A stretch of DNA of 32,000 bases from Candidatus Epulonipiscium viviparus (GCF_030708075.1 NZ_CP117982.1:1183228-1215227), one strand, 5' to 3'. Counted from the stretch's first letter, positions 9,694 to 22,919 are shown. Notes: a model not told the origin generated them from the letters alone. Numbers and translations are program-made.

Positions 9694-10773
9694 ATGTATA
9701 TTTCAACTTTAAGTTTAACCAATTTTAGAAATTATCAAAACTTAAGCTTATCTTTAAGCAAGGGTATAAATATCTTTTTTGGAGATAATGCCCAAGGTAA
9801 AACAAATGTATTAGAGGCTATTTATTTATGTGCTACAGCTCGCTCACATCGTACTACTTCCGAAAAAGAAGTTATTAAATGGGATAGTGAAAATGCATTA
9901 GTAAATCTTATGTTGACAAAACAATATTCTTTATCAACAATAGATTTTATAATTTCAAGAAGATATAAGTCTGTTTTAGTTAATAAGTTACCCATAAATA
10001 AATTAACCAAACTATTTGGAGTTTTAAATGTTGTATTTTTTGCACCTGAGAATTTAGATCTTATAAAAAAAAGTCCAAAGGATCGTAGACGCTTTATAGA
10101 TATTGAATTATGTCAATTGGATAGTATGTATGTTAGCCAACTTAGTAGTTATCATAAAATTTTAAAACAACGTAATTGTTATTTAAAGCAAAATGTTGAT
10201 AATATTAATTATGAATTTTTAGATATCTTAGATGAAAATCTTTACAAGTATGCAAAAAAAATTTTTTACAAAAGATCAGAGTTTATCAAAAATTTAAATA
10301 CAAAAGCAGCGGCAATACACTTAGAACTCTCAGGTGGCAAAGAACATCTAAAACTAATATACGAACCTAATGTGGATATAAATATTTTTAAAAGTAGACT
10401 CAAATTTAATAGAGATAGGGATATAAGAACCAAAACTACAAATAGTGGACCACACAGGGATGATATTAATTTTTTGATTAATGATCATTCACTTAAACTT
10501 TTTGGTTCTCAAGGACAACAAAGAACTTGTATTTTAAGTATAAAATTCGCACAAATAGATATAATAACTGAGATAACAGGTGAGACCCCTATATTACTTT
10601 TGGACGATATTTTATCAGAACTCGATATAAATAGACAAAAATATTTATTTAAATATATCAATAATCTTCAAACTATGATAACATGTACAGGAGTTGATCC
10701 AAATTTATTTACTTGGAATGACAGTATAAAAGTATTTATTGTTGAAAAAGCAAATATAATTTGCAAAAATTAG
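9694..10773 (+). CDS. recF: DNA replication/repair protein RecF
   Basis: A 359 aa ORF with Walker A GDNAQGKTNVLEA, signature GSQGQQR and Walker B ILLLDDILSELD. Confidence 0.93.
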   Translation: MYISTLSLTNFRNYQNLSLSLSKGINIFFGDNAQGKTNVLEAIYLCATARSHRTTSEKEVIKWDSENALVNLMLTKQYSLSTIDFIISRRYKSVLVNKLPINKLTKLFGVLNVVFFAPENLDLIKKSPKDRRRFIDIELCQLDSMYVSQLSSYHKILKQRNCYLKQNVDNINYEFLDILDENLYKYAKKIFYKRSEFIKNLNTKAAAIHLELSGGKEHLKLIYEPNVDINIFKSRLKFNRDRDIRTKTTNSGPHRDDINFLINDHSLKLFGSQGQQRTCILSIKFAQIDIITEITGETPILLLDDILSELDINRQKYLFKYINNLQTMITCTGVDPNLFTWNDSIKVFIVEKANIICKN

Positions 10774-10789
10774 AAAAACATGTTATAAT
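10761..10789 (+). promoter_or_regulatory. Sigma-A-type promoter for gyrBA
   Basis: The -35 TTGCAA is at 10761..10766. A 17-bp spacer ends in TGt (extended -10). The -10 TATAAT is at 10784..10789. The promoter overlaps the recF stop. Confidence 0.55.
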
Positions 10790-10841
10790 ACCATGATTAT
10801 AAAAAAAATTATAAAAAATTTATAAAATTTCAAAGGAGTGA

Positions 10842-12758
<1,917 letters not shown>

Positions 12759-12778
12759 GTTGGAAATGGAGGTGAAAA

Positions 12779-15394
12779 ATGAAAAATACAGAATTTGATA
12801 AAATTATTCCTGTTGATATTAAGGACGAAATGAAAAACTGTTATATCGATTATGCTATGAGCGTAATTGTTGCACGCGCATTACCAGATGTTAGGGATGG
12901 CTTAAAGCCAGTTCATAGACGAATTTTATATGCTATGGATGAACTTAATTTATCTCCTGATAAACAATATAGAAAATCGGCACGTATAGTAGGCGATACG
13001 ATGGGTAAATACCATCCTCACGGAGATGCGTCCATATACGACGCCATGGTTAGATTGGCACAGAATTTTAATACTAGATATCCTCTAGTAGATGGACACG
13101 GAAATTTTGGTAATGTAGATGGTGATTCAGCTGCAGCAATGCGTTATACAGAGGCTAGAATGAGCAAGCTAACAATGTATATGCTAAGTGATATAGACAA
13201 AGAAACAGTTGATTTTAGACCTAATTTTGATGAATCTATAGAAGAACCTACTGTATTGCCAGCTAGATATCCTAACTTACTAGTAAATGGATCATCTGGG
13301 ATAGCTGTAGGAATGGCAACCAATATTCCTCCTCACAATATGGGAGAAGTTATAGATGCTGTCATTAAAATAATTGACAACTATACTGGTGATAACGAGA
13401 CTAATGAGAAAAAAGAAACTGAAATCGAAGACTTAATGGAGATTGTAGTAGGACCAGATTTTCCAACGGGAGGACAAATATTAGGGAGATATGGTATAGA
13501 ACAAGCATATAGAACCGGTAAAGGCAAAGTAAAAATTCGAGCCAAGACTGAAATTGAAGAAATGTCAGCGGGTAAGACTGCAATCATCATTACAGAAATC
13601 CCTTATCAAGTAAATAAATCAAAGTTAATAGAGAAAATTGCCGAATTAGTCAAATTAAAAAAAGTTGATGGAATAACTGGAATAAGAGATGAATCAGATA
13701 GAGACGGTATGAGGATTGTAATTGAATTAAGGCGTGATGTAAATGCTAATATAATCTTAAATCAATTATATAAATTTAGCCAACTTCAAGATACATTTAG
13801 TATCAACATGCTTGCTTTAATTAATGGTGAACCTCACGTATTTAACTTAAAAGAAATGTTAGAAGCTTATCTGGATCATCAAAAACAAGTTATTACAAGA
13901 CGAACAGAGTTTGAATTGGATAAGGCTCAAGCTAGAGCTCACATCATAGAAGGCTTTTTAATTGTTTTAGGTGCAGATAAAATAGATTTAGTTATAAATT
14001 TAATTAGAAATTCTAAAACAGTTGCTGAGGCAAAAGAGAAGTTGATGGAAAAAATTGGATTATCAGAAATTCAAGCACAAGCAATTATGGATATGAGACT
14101 GAGAGTATTAACGGGGTTAGAACATGACAAATTAACCCAGGAATTTAACGAGCTAAGGGATAAAATTGCTTATCTTAAATCATTGCTAGAACATGAAGAT
14201 CAATTACTAAAAGTGATTAAAGAAGAGTTAATCGTCGTTCGTGAAAAATTTACTGATCCTAGAAGGTCGGAGCTTAGTTTATTAGATGATGAAATTGATA
14301 TCGAAGACTTGATAGATGAAGAAGAGGTAGTCGTAACAATCACTCATTTTGGTTATATAAAAAGAATTCCTTTAGTTACCTACAAAGAACAAAAAAGAGG
14401 TGGTAGAGGTGTTATAGGGGTTAACACGATAGAAGAAGATTTTATAGAAAAATTATTTACAACTAGCAATTTAGATTTTATAATGTTTTTTACTAATAAA
14501 GGTCGTGCTTATAAAATTAAAGCGTATAAAATTCCTGAAGCTAGTAGAACTGCAAGAGGGCTTGCTATTGTAAATTTACTGCATCTAAATGTTGATGAAA
14601 AAATTAGTGCGGTATTTCCTGTAAAACAAAATGAGCATGAACGCTATCTTACAATGATAACCAAAAAGGGTTTAATTAAAAAAACCAACATCACTGCTTT
14701 TAATAATATCAAAAAAGGTGGAATAATTGCTCTTACCATGCAAGATGCTGACGAATTAGTAGGCGTATATGAAACAACCGATCAAGATAAAATTATCATT
14801 GCAACTAAAAAAGGTTTAGGTATAATGTTTGAGGGTAAGAATATTAGACCAACTGGTAGAACAGCAAAAGGTGTTAGAGCCATTAATCTTTCAAAAGAGG
14901 ACTATGTAATTAGTGCGACTATTCCAAAAGAGGGTGAACAAATTCTTATTGCAACTAAAAATGGAATAGGCAAAAGAACCAGGATCGATGAGTTTAAATC
15001 TCAAAGAAGAGGCGGAAAAGGCCTTATTATTTACAAAGTGGATGACAAAACAGGTGATGTAGTTGCTATTACTTCTGTTTCAGATTCAAATGGACTTTTG
15101 ATGATAACATCCGAAGGCGTGATTATAAGAATTAAAGTAAGTCAGATTTCAAGCTTAGGTAGATACGCTAAAGGGGTCAAGTTAATTAACTTAACCGATG
15201 GCATACACGTAGTATGTATGGAAAAAGTAGCCGAATTTATAGAAGAACCAGAAGAATTAGAAGAATTAGAGGAATTGGAGGAATTACAAGAAGAAGTCAT
15301 CGAAAAATTACCAAATGAAATTTTAGATAATATAACAAATGAGTTAATAGAAGCTGAAATAGTAGTTGAAGTTTTAGAACCTCCAAAGGAGTAA
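12779..15394 (+). CDS. gyrA: DNA gyrase subunit A, with an acidic C-terminal tail
   Basis: An 871 aa ORF with the QRDR region ([20 protein letters not shown]), the active-site AAMRYTE motif, beta-pinwheel repeats and an [15 protein letters not shown] tail. Confidence 0.96.
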   Translation: MKNTEFDKIIPVDIKDEMKNCYIDYAMSVIVARALPDVRDGLKPVHRRILYAMDELNLSPDKQYRKSARIVGDTMGKYHPHGDASIYDAMVRLAQNFNTRYPLVDGHGNFGNVDGDSAAAMRYTEARMSKLTMYMLSDIDKETVDFRPNFDESIEEPTVLPARYPNLLVNGSSGIAVGMATNIPPHNMGEVIDAVIKIIDNYTGDNETNEKKETEIEDLMEIVVGPDFPTGGQILGRYGIEQAYRTGKGKVKIRAKTEIEEMSAGKTAIIITEIPYQVNKSKLIEKIAELVKLKKVDGITGIRDESDRDGMRIVIELRRDVNANIILNQLYKFSQLQDTFSINMLALINGEPHVFNLKEMLEAYLDHQKQVITRRTEFELDKAQARAHIIEGFLIVLGADKIDLVINLIRNSKTVAEAKEKLMEKIGLSEIQAQAIMDMRLRVLTGLEHDKLTQEFNELRDKIAYLKSLLEHEDQLLKVIKEELIVVREKFTDPRRSELSLLDDEIDIEDLIDEEEVVVTITHFGYIKRIPLVTYKEQKRGGRGVIGVNTIEEDFIEKLFTTSNLDFIMFFTNKGRAYKIKAYKIPEASRTARGLAIVNLLHLNVDEKISAVFPVKQNEHERYLTMITKKGLIKKTNITAFNNIKKGGIIALTMQDADELVGVYETTDQDKIIIATKKGLGIMFEGKNIRPTGRTAKGVRAINLSKEDYVISATIPKEGEQILIATKNGIGKRTRIDEFKSQRRGGKGLIIYKVDDKTGDVVAITSVSDSNGLLMITSEGVIIRIKVSQISSLGRYAKGVKLINLTDGIHVVCMEKVAEFIEEPEELEELEELEELQEEVIEKLPNEILDNITNELIEAEIVVEVLEPPKE

Positions 15395-15401
15395 GAATTT
15401 T

Positions 15402-16466
15402 ATGAAAATACTGAGAAATTTTATGCTAACCTTAATAATAATTAATTGTGCATTAATTTGGTATTTAACAGAAATTTTATCTTTAGAAGATGTTATGGTA
15501 ATTCATAATATCTTCAATGAAGTTCCTTCGTTTCATCAAATTCTCACTCAGCCAGTTACAGAAACTGCAATGAAAAATTATTCTGTTATGCAAGGAAATA
15601 CCAATTTAGGTGAGTATAGTAATTTACAACTTGCTATAGACAATACTAAAACTAAGTCCCGTGCTGTTGTTATTGATAATAGTACAGGAGTTTGGGTACA
15701 TAATACATTTGAACCTTATATTATTTTGAATAATAGTCAAGTCTTAGATTTTAAAAATTTTAATTCTGCTTATGCTTATGCTATTAAAAATAACAAAAAC
15801 AGGATATATTATAAGGGTAATGAGAAAATTATATGGGAAAACAATTTTTCCTTCGAAAAAGATGTCTATCTTACAGTACCCCATATTAAACAAATGCCAG
15901 AGTTGCCTCGAGGCTGTGAAGTGACTTCTTTGGCAATGGTTTTAAATTATAACGATATAGATGTGGACAAGATGCACCTCGCATTAGAAATAAAAAAAGA
16001 CTTAACTCAGTTTAAAAAAAATGAAAATGGTACAGTATTTTTTGGAAATCCAAACGATGGATTTGTAGGCGATATGTATAGCTTTAAAAATCACGGCCTA
16101 GGCGTATATCATGAACCTATATTTGACCTTGCATATAGTTATGTTGGAGATAGCGCAATAAATTTAACAGATACAAATTTTGAGCTTGTTTTACAGTTTA
16201 TTACTCGTGGATATCCCGTGTGGGTTATTGCAAACACTGATTTCAAAAAATTGCCAAATAGTGATTTTGAAGTATGGGATACTCCAACAGGTCAGGTAGC
16301 AATAACATATAAGATGCATTCTGTTGTTATAACAGGGTTTAATGATAATTATATTTATATAAATGATCCGCTTTCTAGTTTTGCTAATCGGAGAATAAAT
16401 TTAAAAAATTTTAAGGAGTCTTGGGAACAGATGGGAAGCCAAGCTATTGTAATTTTAGAGCAATAG
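15402..16466 (+). CDS. Membrane-anchored C39-like cysteine peptidase family protein (YvpB-like)
   Basis: It has an N-terminal TM segment (LTLIIINCALIWYL), a candidate catalytic Cys in LPRGCEVTSLAMVLNY, and His/Asp in MHSVVITGFNDNYIYINDP. The family assignment is by motif recall only. Confidence 0.6.
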   Translation: MKILRNFMLTLIIINCALIWYLTEILSLEDVMVIHNIFNEVPSFHQILTQPVTETAMKNYSVMQGNTNLGEYSNLQLAIDNTKTKSRAVVIDNSTGVWVHNTFEPYIILNNSQVLDFKNFNSAYAYAIKNNKNRIYYKGNEKIIWENNFSFEKDVYLTVPHIKQMPELPRGCEVTSLAMVLNYNDIDVDKMHLALEIKKDLTQFKKNENGTVFFGNPNDGFVGDMYSFKNHGLGVYHEPIFDLAYSYVGDSAINLTDTNFELVLQFITRGYPVWVIANTDFKKLPNSDFEVWDTPTGQVAITYKMHSVVITGFNDNYIYINDPLSSFANRRINLKNFKESWEQMGSQAIVILEQ

Positions 16467-16480
16467 AAAGGAAAATTCAA

Positions 16481-17383
16481 ATGAAAAGAGCAATTTTACT
16501 ATACAACCCTAAAGCTGGTAATAGAAAAATATTAAATCAAGTTGATTATATCACTGAGAAAATTCAGAAATTAGGTTATGTTTTAACGATTTATAGAAGT
16601 GAATTTAAAGGTGCAATAGAAAAACATATTTTAGATAAAGTTTTACCAGAAGATTTTGATTTAATTATGATATCTGGTGGTGATGGAACAATTAACGAAT
16701 GCATTAACGGCATGATGAAAAAAAAGATCTATGCTCCTCTTGCAATTTTACCTTTAGGTACTGCGAATGATTTTGCAAATACGGCAATGATTCCTAATAC
16801 GATAGACGATGCCATTAATTTGATAGCAAAAGGTGAGCTGAGATTTGTTGATATCGGACAGGTAAACGATAAATATTTTATCAATGTTTGCAATATGGGA
16901 CTTTTTAGCGGGGTATCTCATGAGATAGATCTAGTACTGAAGAAAAACTTGGGAAAAATTGCCTATTATGTTAAAGGCATAGAAGAGCTTCAAAACTATG
17001 ATGCGATGGACTTAATAATTGAGCATGATAATAAAGTTTTAACCAATAAATATGTACTAGTGTTAATTTTTAACGGTAAAGGTGCAGGTGGATTTAGCAA
17101 AATGGCAAAGGATGCGGATATCGAAGATGGGTATTTCGATTTGGTAGGGATAAAAGAAGTGGATTTTTTTGATGTGCCATTGCTATTTCTCAAAGTATTG
17201 CAAGGTGAGCATTTAGAAGACGATAAAATCGATTATATTAAGCTGAAACACGCAAGGATTACCTGTAAAAATCCAGAAAGTAAATTTATAACAGATATTG
17301 ATGGCGAAGTAGGTCCAGATTTTCCTTTGAATATTAGCGTTATAACAAAACAACTGAGGATATATTTACCACCTAAATTATAA
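16481..17383 (+). CDS. Diacylglycerol/lipid kinase family protein (YegS/DagK-like)
   Basis: The sequence MKRAILLYNPKAGNRK...ISGGDGTINE...LPLGTANDFA carries the DAGK catalytic-domain motifs. I moved the start to the ATG at 16481, after the upstream stop and AAAGGAAAA. Confidence 0.85.
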   Translation: MKRAILLYNPKAGNRKILNQVDYITEKIQKLGYVLTIYRSEFKGAIEKHILDKVLPEDFDLIMISGGDGTINECINGMMKKKIYAPLAILPLGTANDFANTAMIPNTIDDAINLIAKGELRFVDIGQVNDKYFINVCNMGLFSGVSHEIDLVLKKNLGKIAYYVKGIEELQNYDAMDLIIEHDNKVLTNKYVLVLIFNGKGAGGFSKMAKDADIEDGYFDLVGIKEVDFFDVPLLFLKVLQGEHLEDDKIDYIKLKHARITCKNPESKFITDIDGEVGPDFPLNISVITKQLRIYLPPKL

Positions 17384-17397
17384 AACATTTTGCAAAG

Positions 17398-17426
17398 TTT
17401 AGCTCCCTAGGAGTTAGACTTTTTAT
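17398..17426 (+). terminator. Probable intrinsic terminator after the lipid kinase gene
   Basis: The stem TAGCTCC / GGAGTTA contains one G-U pair, has a 3-nt loop, and is followed by CTTTTTATTT. Confidence 0.45.
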
Positions 17427-17510
17427 TTGTAAAAATTTTTGAAAATCCTAGTATTGCATGTCAACTTAATATATAATGCTAATATCTAAATATGGAAAGG
17501 GTGCAATACG

Positions 17511-20012
17511 ATGCAGGATTTTAATCGAAATTGGAAGTTTAGACTTAATACAAAGCAGTTAAAGCCAAAAATGAGTGAAGATATCTATGGTCAACTAATT
17601 AGTTTAGATGAAACAGAATTTAAAACAGTAGACTTGCCCCATGATTTTAGTATAGAACAACCGTATAGTGAAACTGAGGGAGATGCGGCAACTGGCTATT
17701 TAGTTGGAGGGATTGGCTGGTATAGAAAGCATTTTAGCCTGGACGGAAATTATCGAGATAAAAAAATCTTTGTTTGCTTTGATGGAATTTATAATCGCTC
17801 CAATATTTACATTAATGAAAAATTTGTAAAATTTCAACCATTTGGTTATGTACCTGTTTTAATTGATATTAGTGATTATGTGAAAGAAGAAAATGTGTTA
17901 TCGGTCAAAGTGGATCATTCAAGATATCAAAATAGTCGCTGGTATCCAGGTGGTGGAATTTATAGAAAAGTTCAGCTGCATATCTTTGAAAAAATGTATA
18001 TTCCAGTATTTGGAACCAGAATTAATACAGCTGCAGTCTCTAAAGAATCTGCAGTAGTGACGATCAGTACACAACTAAAAAACGAGTCAACTCCCCAAAA
18101 TGTAACTATAGTACAAGAAATTATTGATCCTACAGGAAAAATAGTTGCAATCAATTCAAAAGGGTTTTATCTAAATGAATCCAAAGAGGTAACACAGAAA
18201 ATTACGATCACTAATCCATTACTATGGGATATATATCAAGGCCAACTATATACAGCGGTAACAGAACTAGTGGTTGATGGAAAGTCTATTCAAACTACTG
18301 CCACAAAATTTGGAATACGAGATTTTGAGTTTACAGTAGATAAAGGATTTTTCATAAATGGACGTCATGAGTATATTAAAGGTGTTTGCTTGCATCATGA
18401 CGCTGGAGCTGTGGGAGCTGCAGTGCCAAAAGATGTATGGAGACGCAGATTTGAAATTTTGATTGCTGCAGGAGTGAATGCAATAAGGACGGCTCATAAC
18501 CCCGCTTCGAGAGAGTTTATTGAGCTATGCGACGAAATGGGATTGCTAGTGCAAGAGGAATTTTTTGATGAGTGGGATAACCCCAAAGATAAAAAGCATA
18601 ATGCAGGAGAAAAATCGGTAAGCTATATTACTATGGGTAATACAGAGTACTTTAGAGATTACGCAAAAGATGACCTGCAAAATATAATTAGACGCGATTA
18701 TAATAGCCCATCTATCGTGCAATGGAGCATTGGAAATGAGATCGAGTGGACGTATCCTAAATATAATGCGGCAACAGGATACTTTGGTGCAGATGCCGCG
18801 GGTGGATACTTCTTTACTGAGCCACCATATTCGATAGATGAAATTAGACGTAGAATGGCAGAAATCCCAAGAGAACAATATGAAATAGCAGATACGGCGA
18901 AAAAATTGGCAGATTGGACAAAAGAGCTAGATACAACAAGGCCAGTAATCGCAAATTGTATTTTGCCGTCTGCTAGCTATGAGTCAGGATATACAGATGC
19001 TCTTGATATGGTTGGCTTCAGTTACAGACGAGTAATGTACGATAGATGTCACAGATGCTATCCCGACAAGCCTATTATGGGGACAGAGAATGTTTGCCAA
19101 TGGCATGAATGGAAAGCAGTTCTGGATAATGAATATATTGCAGGTATCTTTTTGTGGACGGGCATAGAATATATGGGAGAAGCTGGAAAAAGAGGTCCGT
19201 GGCCACTTAAATCAAATATAGCAGGGCTGATAGATGTAGCAGGATTTCCAAAAGGGTCATATCACATGTTTAAAACTTTGTGGCAAGACAAACCGTATAC
19301 GCATATGATGACTCAAGTTTTAGAAAAATCTCTGCACGATATAGAAGATGGAAAAGTCGTGGATAGAAAAGTTATTCCTCCGAATAATCCAAAAGCAAAG
19401 CCTCAAATAAATGTATGGGATAGACGCCTATGGGTTTGGCAAGATGTAAATGACCATTATAATTACAGTGAAGGCGATATGATTTTGGTAGAAGTATATT
19501 CGAATTGCGACGAAGTAACGCTATATCAAAACGGCGAAAAGATTTCCACGCTATATTTAAAAGATTTTGAAGACAGAATATATCGCTGGTGCGTACCATA
19601 TAAACCAGGAGAACTAACAGCACAAAGCGATGCGGGAACGACTAAACTTGTAACAACTGGCAAGCCGGCATCAGTAAAGATTAGCTGCGATAAAAACAAT
19701 ATCAATACGAGCGTCGACAGCGCAGTGAATATAATCGCACAACTTTACGACGAGGCAGGTAACGCGATAACTGCAGAAGATGCTGAAATTGAGTTTATAT
19801 ACAGCGAAAATGCCGTATTATTGGGAGTAGATAACGGCTCAAGGTATTTTGTGGGTGATCACAAGTGTCCTAAAATTATGACCAATAATGGCCATGCATT
19901 ACTAATATTAGCAGCCAAAGAAGAGGGAAGTATCACAGTTGAAGCAAAATTGAAAGAAACTATATCGAACAAACTTGAAATTTCTATAACTGAATATTCT
20001 ATAGCTGAATAA
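17511..20012 (+). CDS. Glycoside hydrolase family 2 protein (beta-galactosidase/beta-glucuronidase-like)
   Basis: An 833 aa ORF with the GH2 sugar-binding N-terminus (WYPGGGIYRKVQL), TIM-barrel motifs (NAIRTAHNP, the acid/base region WSIGNE) and C-terminal Ig-like domains. Confidence 0.85.
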   Translation: MQDFNRNWKFRLNTKQLKPKMSEDIYGQLISLDETEFKTVDLPHDFSIEQPYSETEGDAATGYLVGGIGWYRKHFSLDGNYRDKKIFVCFDGIYNRSNIYINEKFVKFQPFGYVPVLIDISDYVKEENVLSVKVDHSRYQNSRWYPGGGIYRKVQLHIFEKMYIPVFGTRINTAAVSKESAVVTISTQLKNESTPQNVTIVQEIIDPTGKIVAINSKGFYLNESKEVTQKITITNPLLWDIYQGQLYTAVTELVVDGKSIQTTATKFGIRDFEFTVDKGFFINGRHEYIKGVCLHHDAGAVGAAVPKDVWRRRFEILIAAGVNAIRTAHNPASREFIELCDEMGLLVQEEFFDEWDNPKDKKHNAGEKSVSYITMGNTEYFRDYAKDDLQNIIRRDYNSPSIVQWSIGNEIEWTYPKYNAATGYFGADAAGGYFFTEPPYSIDEIRRRMAEIPREQYEIADTAKKLADWTKELDTTRPVIANCILPSASYESGYTDALDMVGFSYRRVMYDRCHRCYPDKPIMGTENVCQWHEWKAVLDNEYIAGIFLWTGIEYMGEAGKRGPWPLKSNIAGLIDVAGFPKGSYHMFKTLWQDKPYTHMMTQVLEKSLHDIEDGKVVDRKVIPPNNPKAKPQINVWDRRLWVWQDVNDHYNYSEGDMILVEVYSNCDEVTLYQNGEKISTLYLKDFEDRIYRWCVPYKPGELTAQSDAGTTKLVTTGKPASVKISCDKNNINTSVDSAVNIIAQLYDEAGNAITAEDAEIEFIYSENAVLLGVDNGSRYFVGDHKCPKIMTNNGHALLILAAKEEGSITVEAKLKETISNKLEISITEYSIAE

Positions 20013-20021
20013 TAGTTCAAT

Positions 20022-20060
20022 CCCTCATCTACAGTCATGGCATAGGTGAGGGTTTTTTTT
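20022..20060 (+). terminator. Strong intrinsic terminator between the convergent GH2 and permease genes
   Basis: The 10-bp stem CCCTCATCTA / TAGGTGAGGG has one wobble pair and an 11-nt loop, followed by T8. Confidence 0.8.
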
Positions 20061-20063
20061 AAA

Positions 20064-21302
20064 TTAAATATTTTCTGGAAGCACTTTATTTAAAATGACA
20101 CCAAACAATGCCGCAAGGGTAAGTCCAGAAACAGTGATAGTTTCGGTAATAGGAACATCGGTAACTCCAATGCCAATAACAAATATAACTGCAGCAATCA
20201 GTAAGTTTCTACTGTTCTTAAAATCTAATTGCTCTTCTACAAGAGTTCGTACGCCTACCGCAGAAATCATTCCAAATAATATAATGCTCACACCTCCCAT
20301 AACAGCCGATGGAATGAGCTGAACCATAGCGGTAAATTTTTCGCAAATGCTAAGCAAAATGGCAAAGATGGCCGCAATGCGAATTATTGAAGGGTCATAT
20401 ATTTTAGTAACAGCAAGAACGCCGGTATTTTCTCCGTATGTAGTATTTGCAGGCCCGCCAATAAGCCCCGCAGTCATAGTTGCTAAACCATCTCCCATAA
20501 GTGTTTTATGAATTCCGGGATCTTCAAAGAAGTTTTTGCCAACAACAGCTCCGTTAGTAGTAATATCTCCAATATGCTCTATAAATACAACTAAAGCAAT
20601 AGGAGCAAGCGCAATTGCCGCCGTAAGTCCTGCAGAAGAAAAGTCTGGAAGCGTTATAATACTTCTTAATGCGTTATCAGAAAATCCAAACCAACTAGCT
20701 TCAGCAACAGCAGATACATCTACCATATTCATTAAAAATGCAACTGCATATCCAATAATAACGGCAATTAATATTGGTACCATCTTGAAGAATCCCTTTG
20801 CGAATATAGAAACAATCATTACAGTAATGACTACTATCGACGCGACAAATGCATAATTGGGATTGATAGCTCCATCGACCTTTAACATATCAATCGCTGT
20901 AGGGCTCAAACGTAATCCGATAACCATAATGATAGGACCAATAACAATTGGAGGAAAAAATGATTTAACTTTTTCTACTCCAACATGTTTTATGATTATA
21001 TCCATCGCAATATAAACTAGCCCGGTTGCCATAATTCCAGTTTTTACCGCACCAATTCCAAATTGGTTAAGCGTAAGAGAGATTGCACTGATAAATGCAA
21101 AGCTGGAACCTAAGAATACTGGAACTATACCTTTGGTAACAGAGTGAAACACTAATGTTCCAATCCCTGCAGATAAAATTGCGACACCTGGATCCAAGCC
21201 AGTAAGCATAGGGACTAAAACGGTGGCACCAAACATAGCAAGAACGTGCTGTAAACCCAAAACAAGCTTCTGGGGAATACTAATTTTTTCTGGGGACGAC
21301 AT
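20064..21302 (-). CDS. uraA: Uracil/xanthine permease (NCS2 family)
   Basis: A multi-TM protein whose N-terminus (IPQKLVLGLQHVLAMFGATVLVPMLTG) is typical of uracil permeases. I chose the start at the ATG at 21302 (MSSPEK), preceded by GAGG. The track start at 21359 has no SD. Confidence 0.8.
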   Translation of the reverse strand: MSSPEKISIPQKLVLGLQHVLAMFGATVLVPMLTGLDPGVAILSAGIGTLVFHSVTKGIVPVFLGSSFAFISAISLTLNQFGIGAVKTGIMATGLVYIAMDIIIKHVGVEKVKSFFPPIVIGPIIMVIGLRLSPTAIDMLKVDGAINPNYAFVASIVVITVMIVSIFAKGFFKMVPILIAVIIGYAVAFLMNMVDVSAVAEASWFGFSDNALRSIITLPDFSSAGLTAAIALAPIALVVFIEHIGDITTNGAVVGKNFFEDPGIHKTLMGDGLATMTAGLIGGPANTTYGENTGVLAVTKIYDPSIIRIAAIFAILLSICEKFTAMVQLIPSAVMGGVSIILFGMISAVGVRTLVEEQLDFKNSRNLLIAAVIFVIGIGVTDVPITETITVSGLTLAALFGVILNKVLPENI

Positions 21303-21399
21303 AATATAAGACCTCGCTTTCGGTAAAAATATTTTGTATATTATATTCGGAGTAAACATATTTGATGTACTAGTAACTTCGACTCGAATAAAGAATGCA

Positions 21400-22825
21400 A
21401 AGTTACAAATTTCTGCAATACTAGCTGCCGAAGAAGAATTATTCTCATCATCTACTCGTAGTGTTGCAACAGAAGAGGCCTATGATGCATAAATAGCTAC
21501 GATAACAGTATCGCCTGATAATTTACCTTCGAATATAATTTAAAACGAAAAATGGGCCTGCAGGATTCGTTTTAGAAATATTAGCTGCCAAGGAATTTGC
21601 TGGAGGGGTTTTGATCTCGTCATCTAACCATAATGCCGAGCATGGTGTTGCAACAGAATAGGTTTACGATGCTGGAAGTTTTCATAATGACAGCTGCCGA
21701 AGAAGAATTATTCTCATCATCTAACCATAATGCAGAGCATAGTGTTGCAACAGAATAGGTTTACGATGCTGGAGGAGTTTTCATAATGACAGCTGCCGAA
21801 GAAGAATTATTCTCATCATCTAACTGTAATGCTGCCCGTAGTGTTGCAACAAAATAGGTTTACGATGCTGGAATAGTTTTCATAATGACAGCTGCCGAAG
21901 AAGAATTATTCTCATCATCTAACTGTAATGCTACCCGTAGTGTTGCAGCAGAAGAGGTCTATAATGCACAAAAAGCTACGATAACAGTATCGCCTGATAA
22001 TTTTACCTTCGAATATAATTTAAAACGAAAAATGAGCCTACTGGATTCGCTTCAGAAATATTAGCTGCCAAGGAATTTGCTGGAGGGGTTTCGATCTCGT
22101 CATCTAACCATAATGCTGAGCATGGTGTTGCAACAGAATAGGTTTACGATGCTGGAAGAGTTTTCATAATGACAGCTGCCGAAGAAGAATTATTCTCATC
22201 ATCTAACTGTAATGCTGCCCGTAGTGTTGCAGCAGAAGAGGCCTATAATGCATAAATAGCTACGATAACAGCATTGACTGATATTTTACCTTCGAATATA
22301 ATTTAAAACGAAAAATGAGCCTGCTGGATGCGCTTCAGAAATATTAGCTGCCGAGGAATTTGCTGGAGGGGTTTCGATCTCATCATCTAACCATAATGCC
22401 GAGCATGGTGTTGCAACAGAAGAGGCCTATGATGCATAAATAGCTACGATAACAGCATCGCCTGATATTTTACCTTCGAATATAATTTAAAACGAAAAAT
22501 GGGCCTGCAGAATTCGTTTTAGAAATATTAGCTGCCAAGGAATTTGCTGGAGGGGTTTCGATCTCATCATCTAACCATAATGCCGAGCATGGTGTTGCAA
22601 CAGAATAGGTTTACGATGCTGGAAGAGTTTTCATAATGACAGCTGCCGAAGAAGAATTATTCTCATCATCTAACTGTAATGCTACCCGTAGTGTTGCAGC
22701 AGAAGAGGCCTATGATGCACAAAAAGCCACGATAACAGTATCGCCTGATATTTTACCTTCGAATATAATTTAAAACGAAAAATGAGCCTGCTGGATGCGC
22801 TTCAGAAATATTAGCTGCCAACGAA
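21400..22825. repeat. Modular tandem-repeat array with no ORF of 60 aa or more on either strand
   Basis: The anchor motif agctgcc[g/a]a... recurs at 21423, 21583, 21692, 21791, 21890, 22063, 22174, 22346, 22530, 22641 and 22813. Each anchor is followed by a shared core (...tcatcta-ac..taatgc...gtgttgca.cag). The core is followed by either a short tail (aataggtttacgatgctggaag..ttttcataatgac) or a long tail (aagaggcctatgatgcataaatagctacgataacagtatcgcctgat...aaaacgaaaaatg...agaaatatt). The short tail gives units of 99-111 bp and the long tail units of 160-184 bp. Confidence 0.9.
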
Positions 22826-22919
22826 AAATAAAAATATAAACCGCTTATGTATTGCCATACTAGGGTAGAGGGCTACAGTACGAAAATAGCTGTGCCAATA
22901 GACCTCTTTGGTAAATGTA

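Noticed and set aside
15220-15394. The acidic [18 protein letters not shown] repeat at the gyrA 3' end, considered as a separate repeat feature or as related to the nucleotidase repeats.
   Set aside because: Acidic C-terminal tails are a known feature of GyrA. It shares no nucleotide-level similarity with the 30.6-32 kb repeats beyond GAA-rich composition.
21400-22825. The possibility that the tandem-repeat array is a CRISPR array.
   Set aside because: The units are 99-184 bp and homologous along their whole length. There are no short conserved repeats alternating with unique 30-40 bp spacers, and there are no cas genes in the window.
21400-22825. The possibility that the array is an intact gene for a repeat protein, or a PyrR/riboswitch-type leader for the permease.
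   Set aside because: All six frames are closed inside every unit, so it is not an intact gene. I found no PyrR-box-like UCCAGAGAGG motif. The only hairpin (AAAACGAA/TTCGTTTT) is not conserved between repeat sub-variants, which argues against a structured regulatory RNA. A decayed gene remains possible and is listed in the findings.
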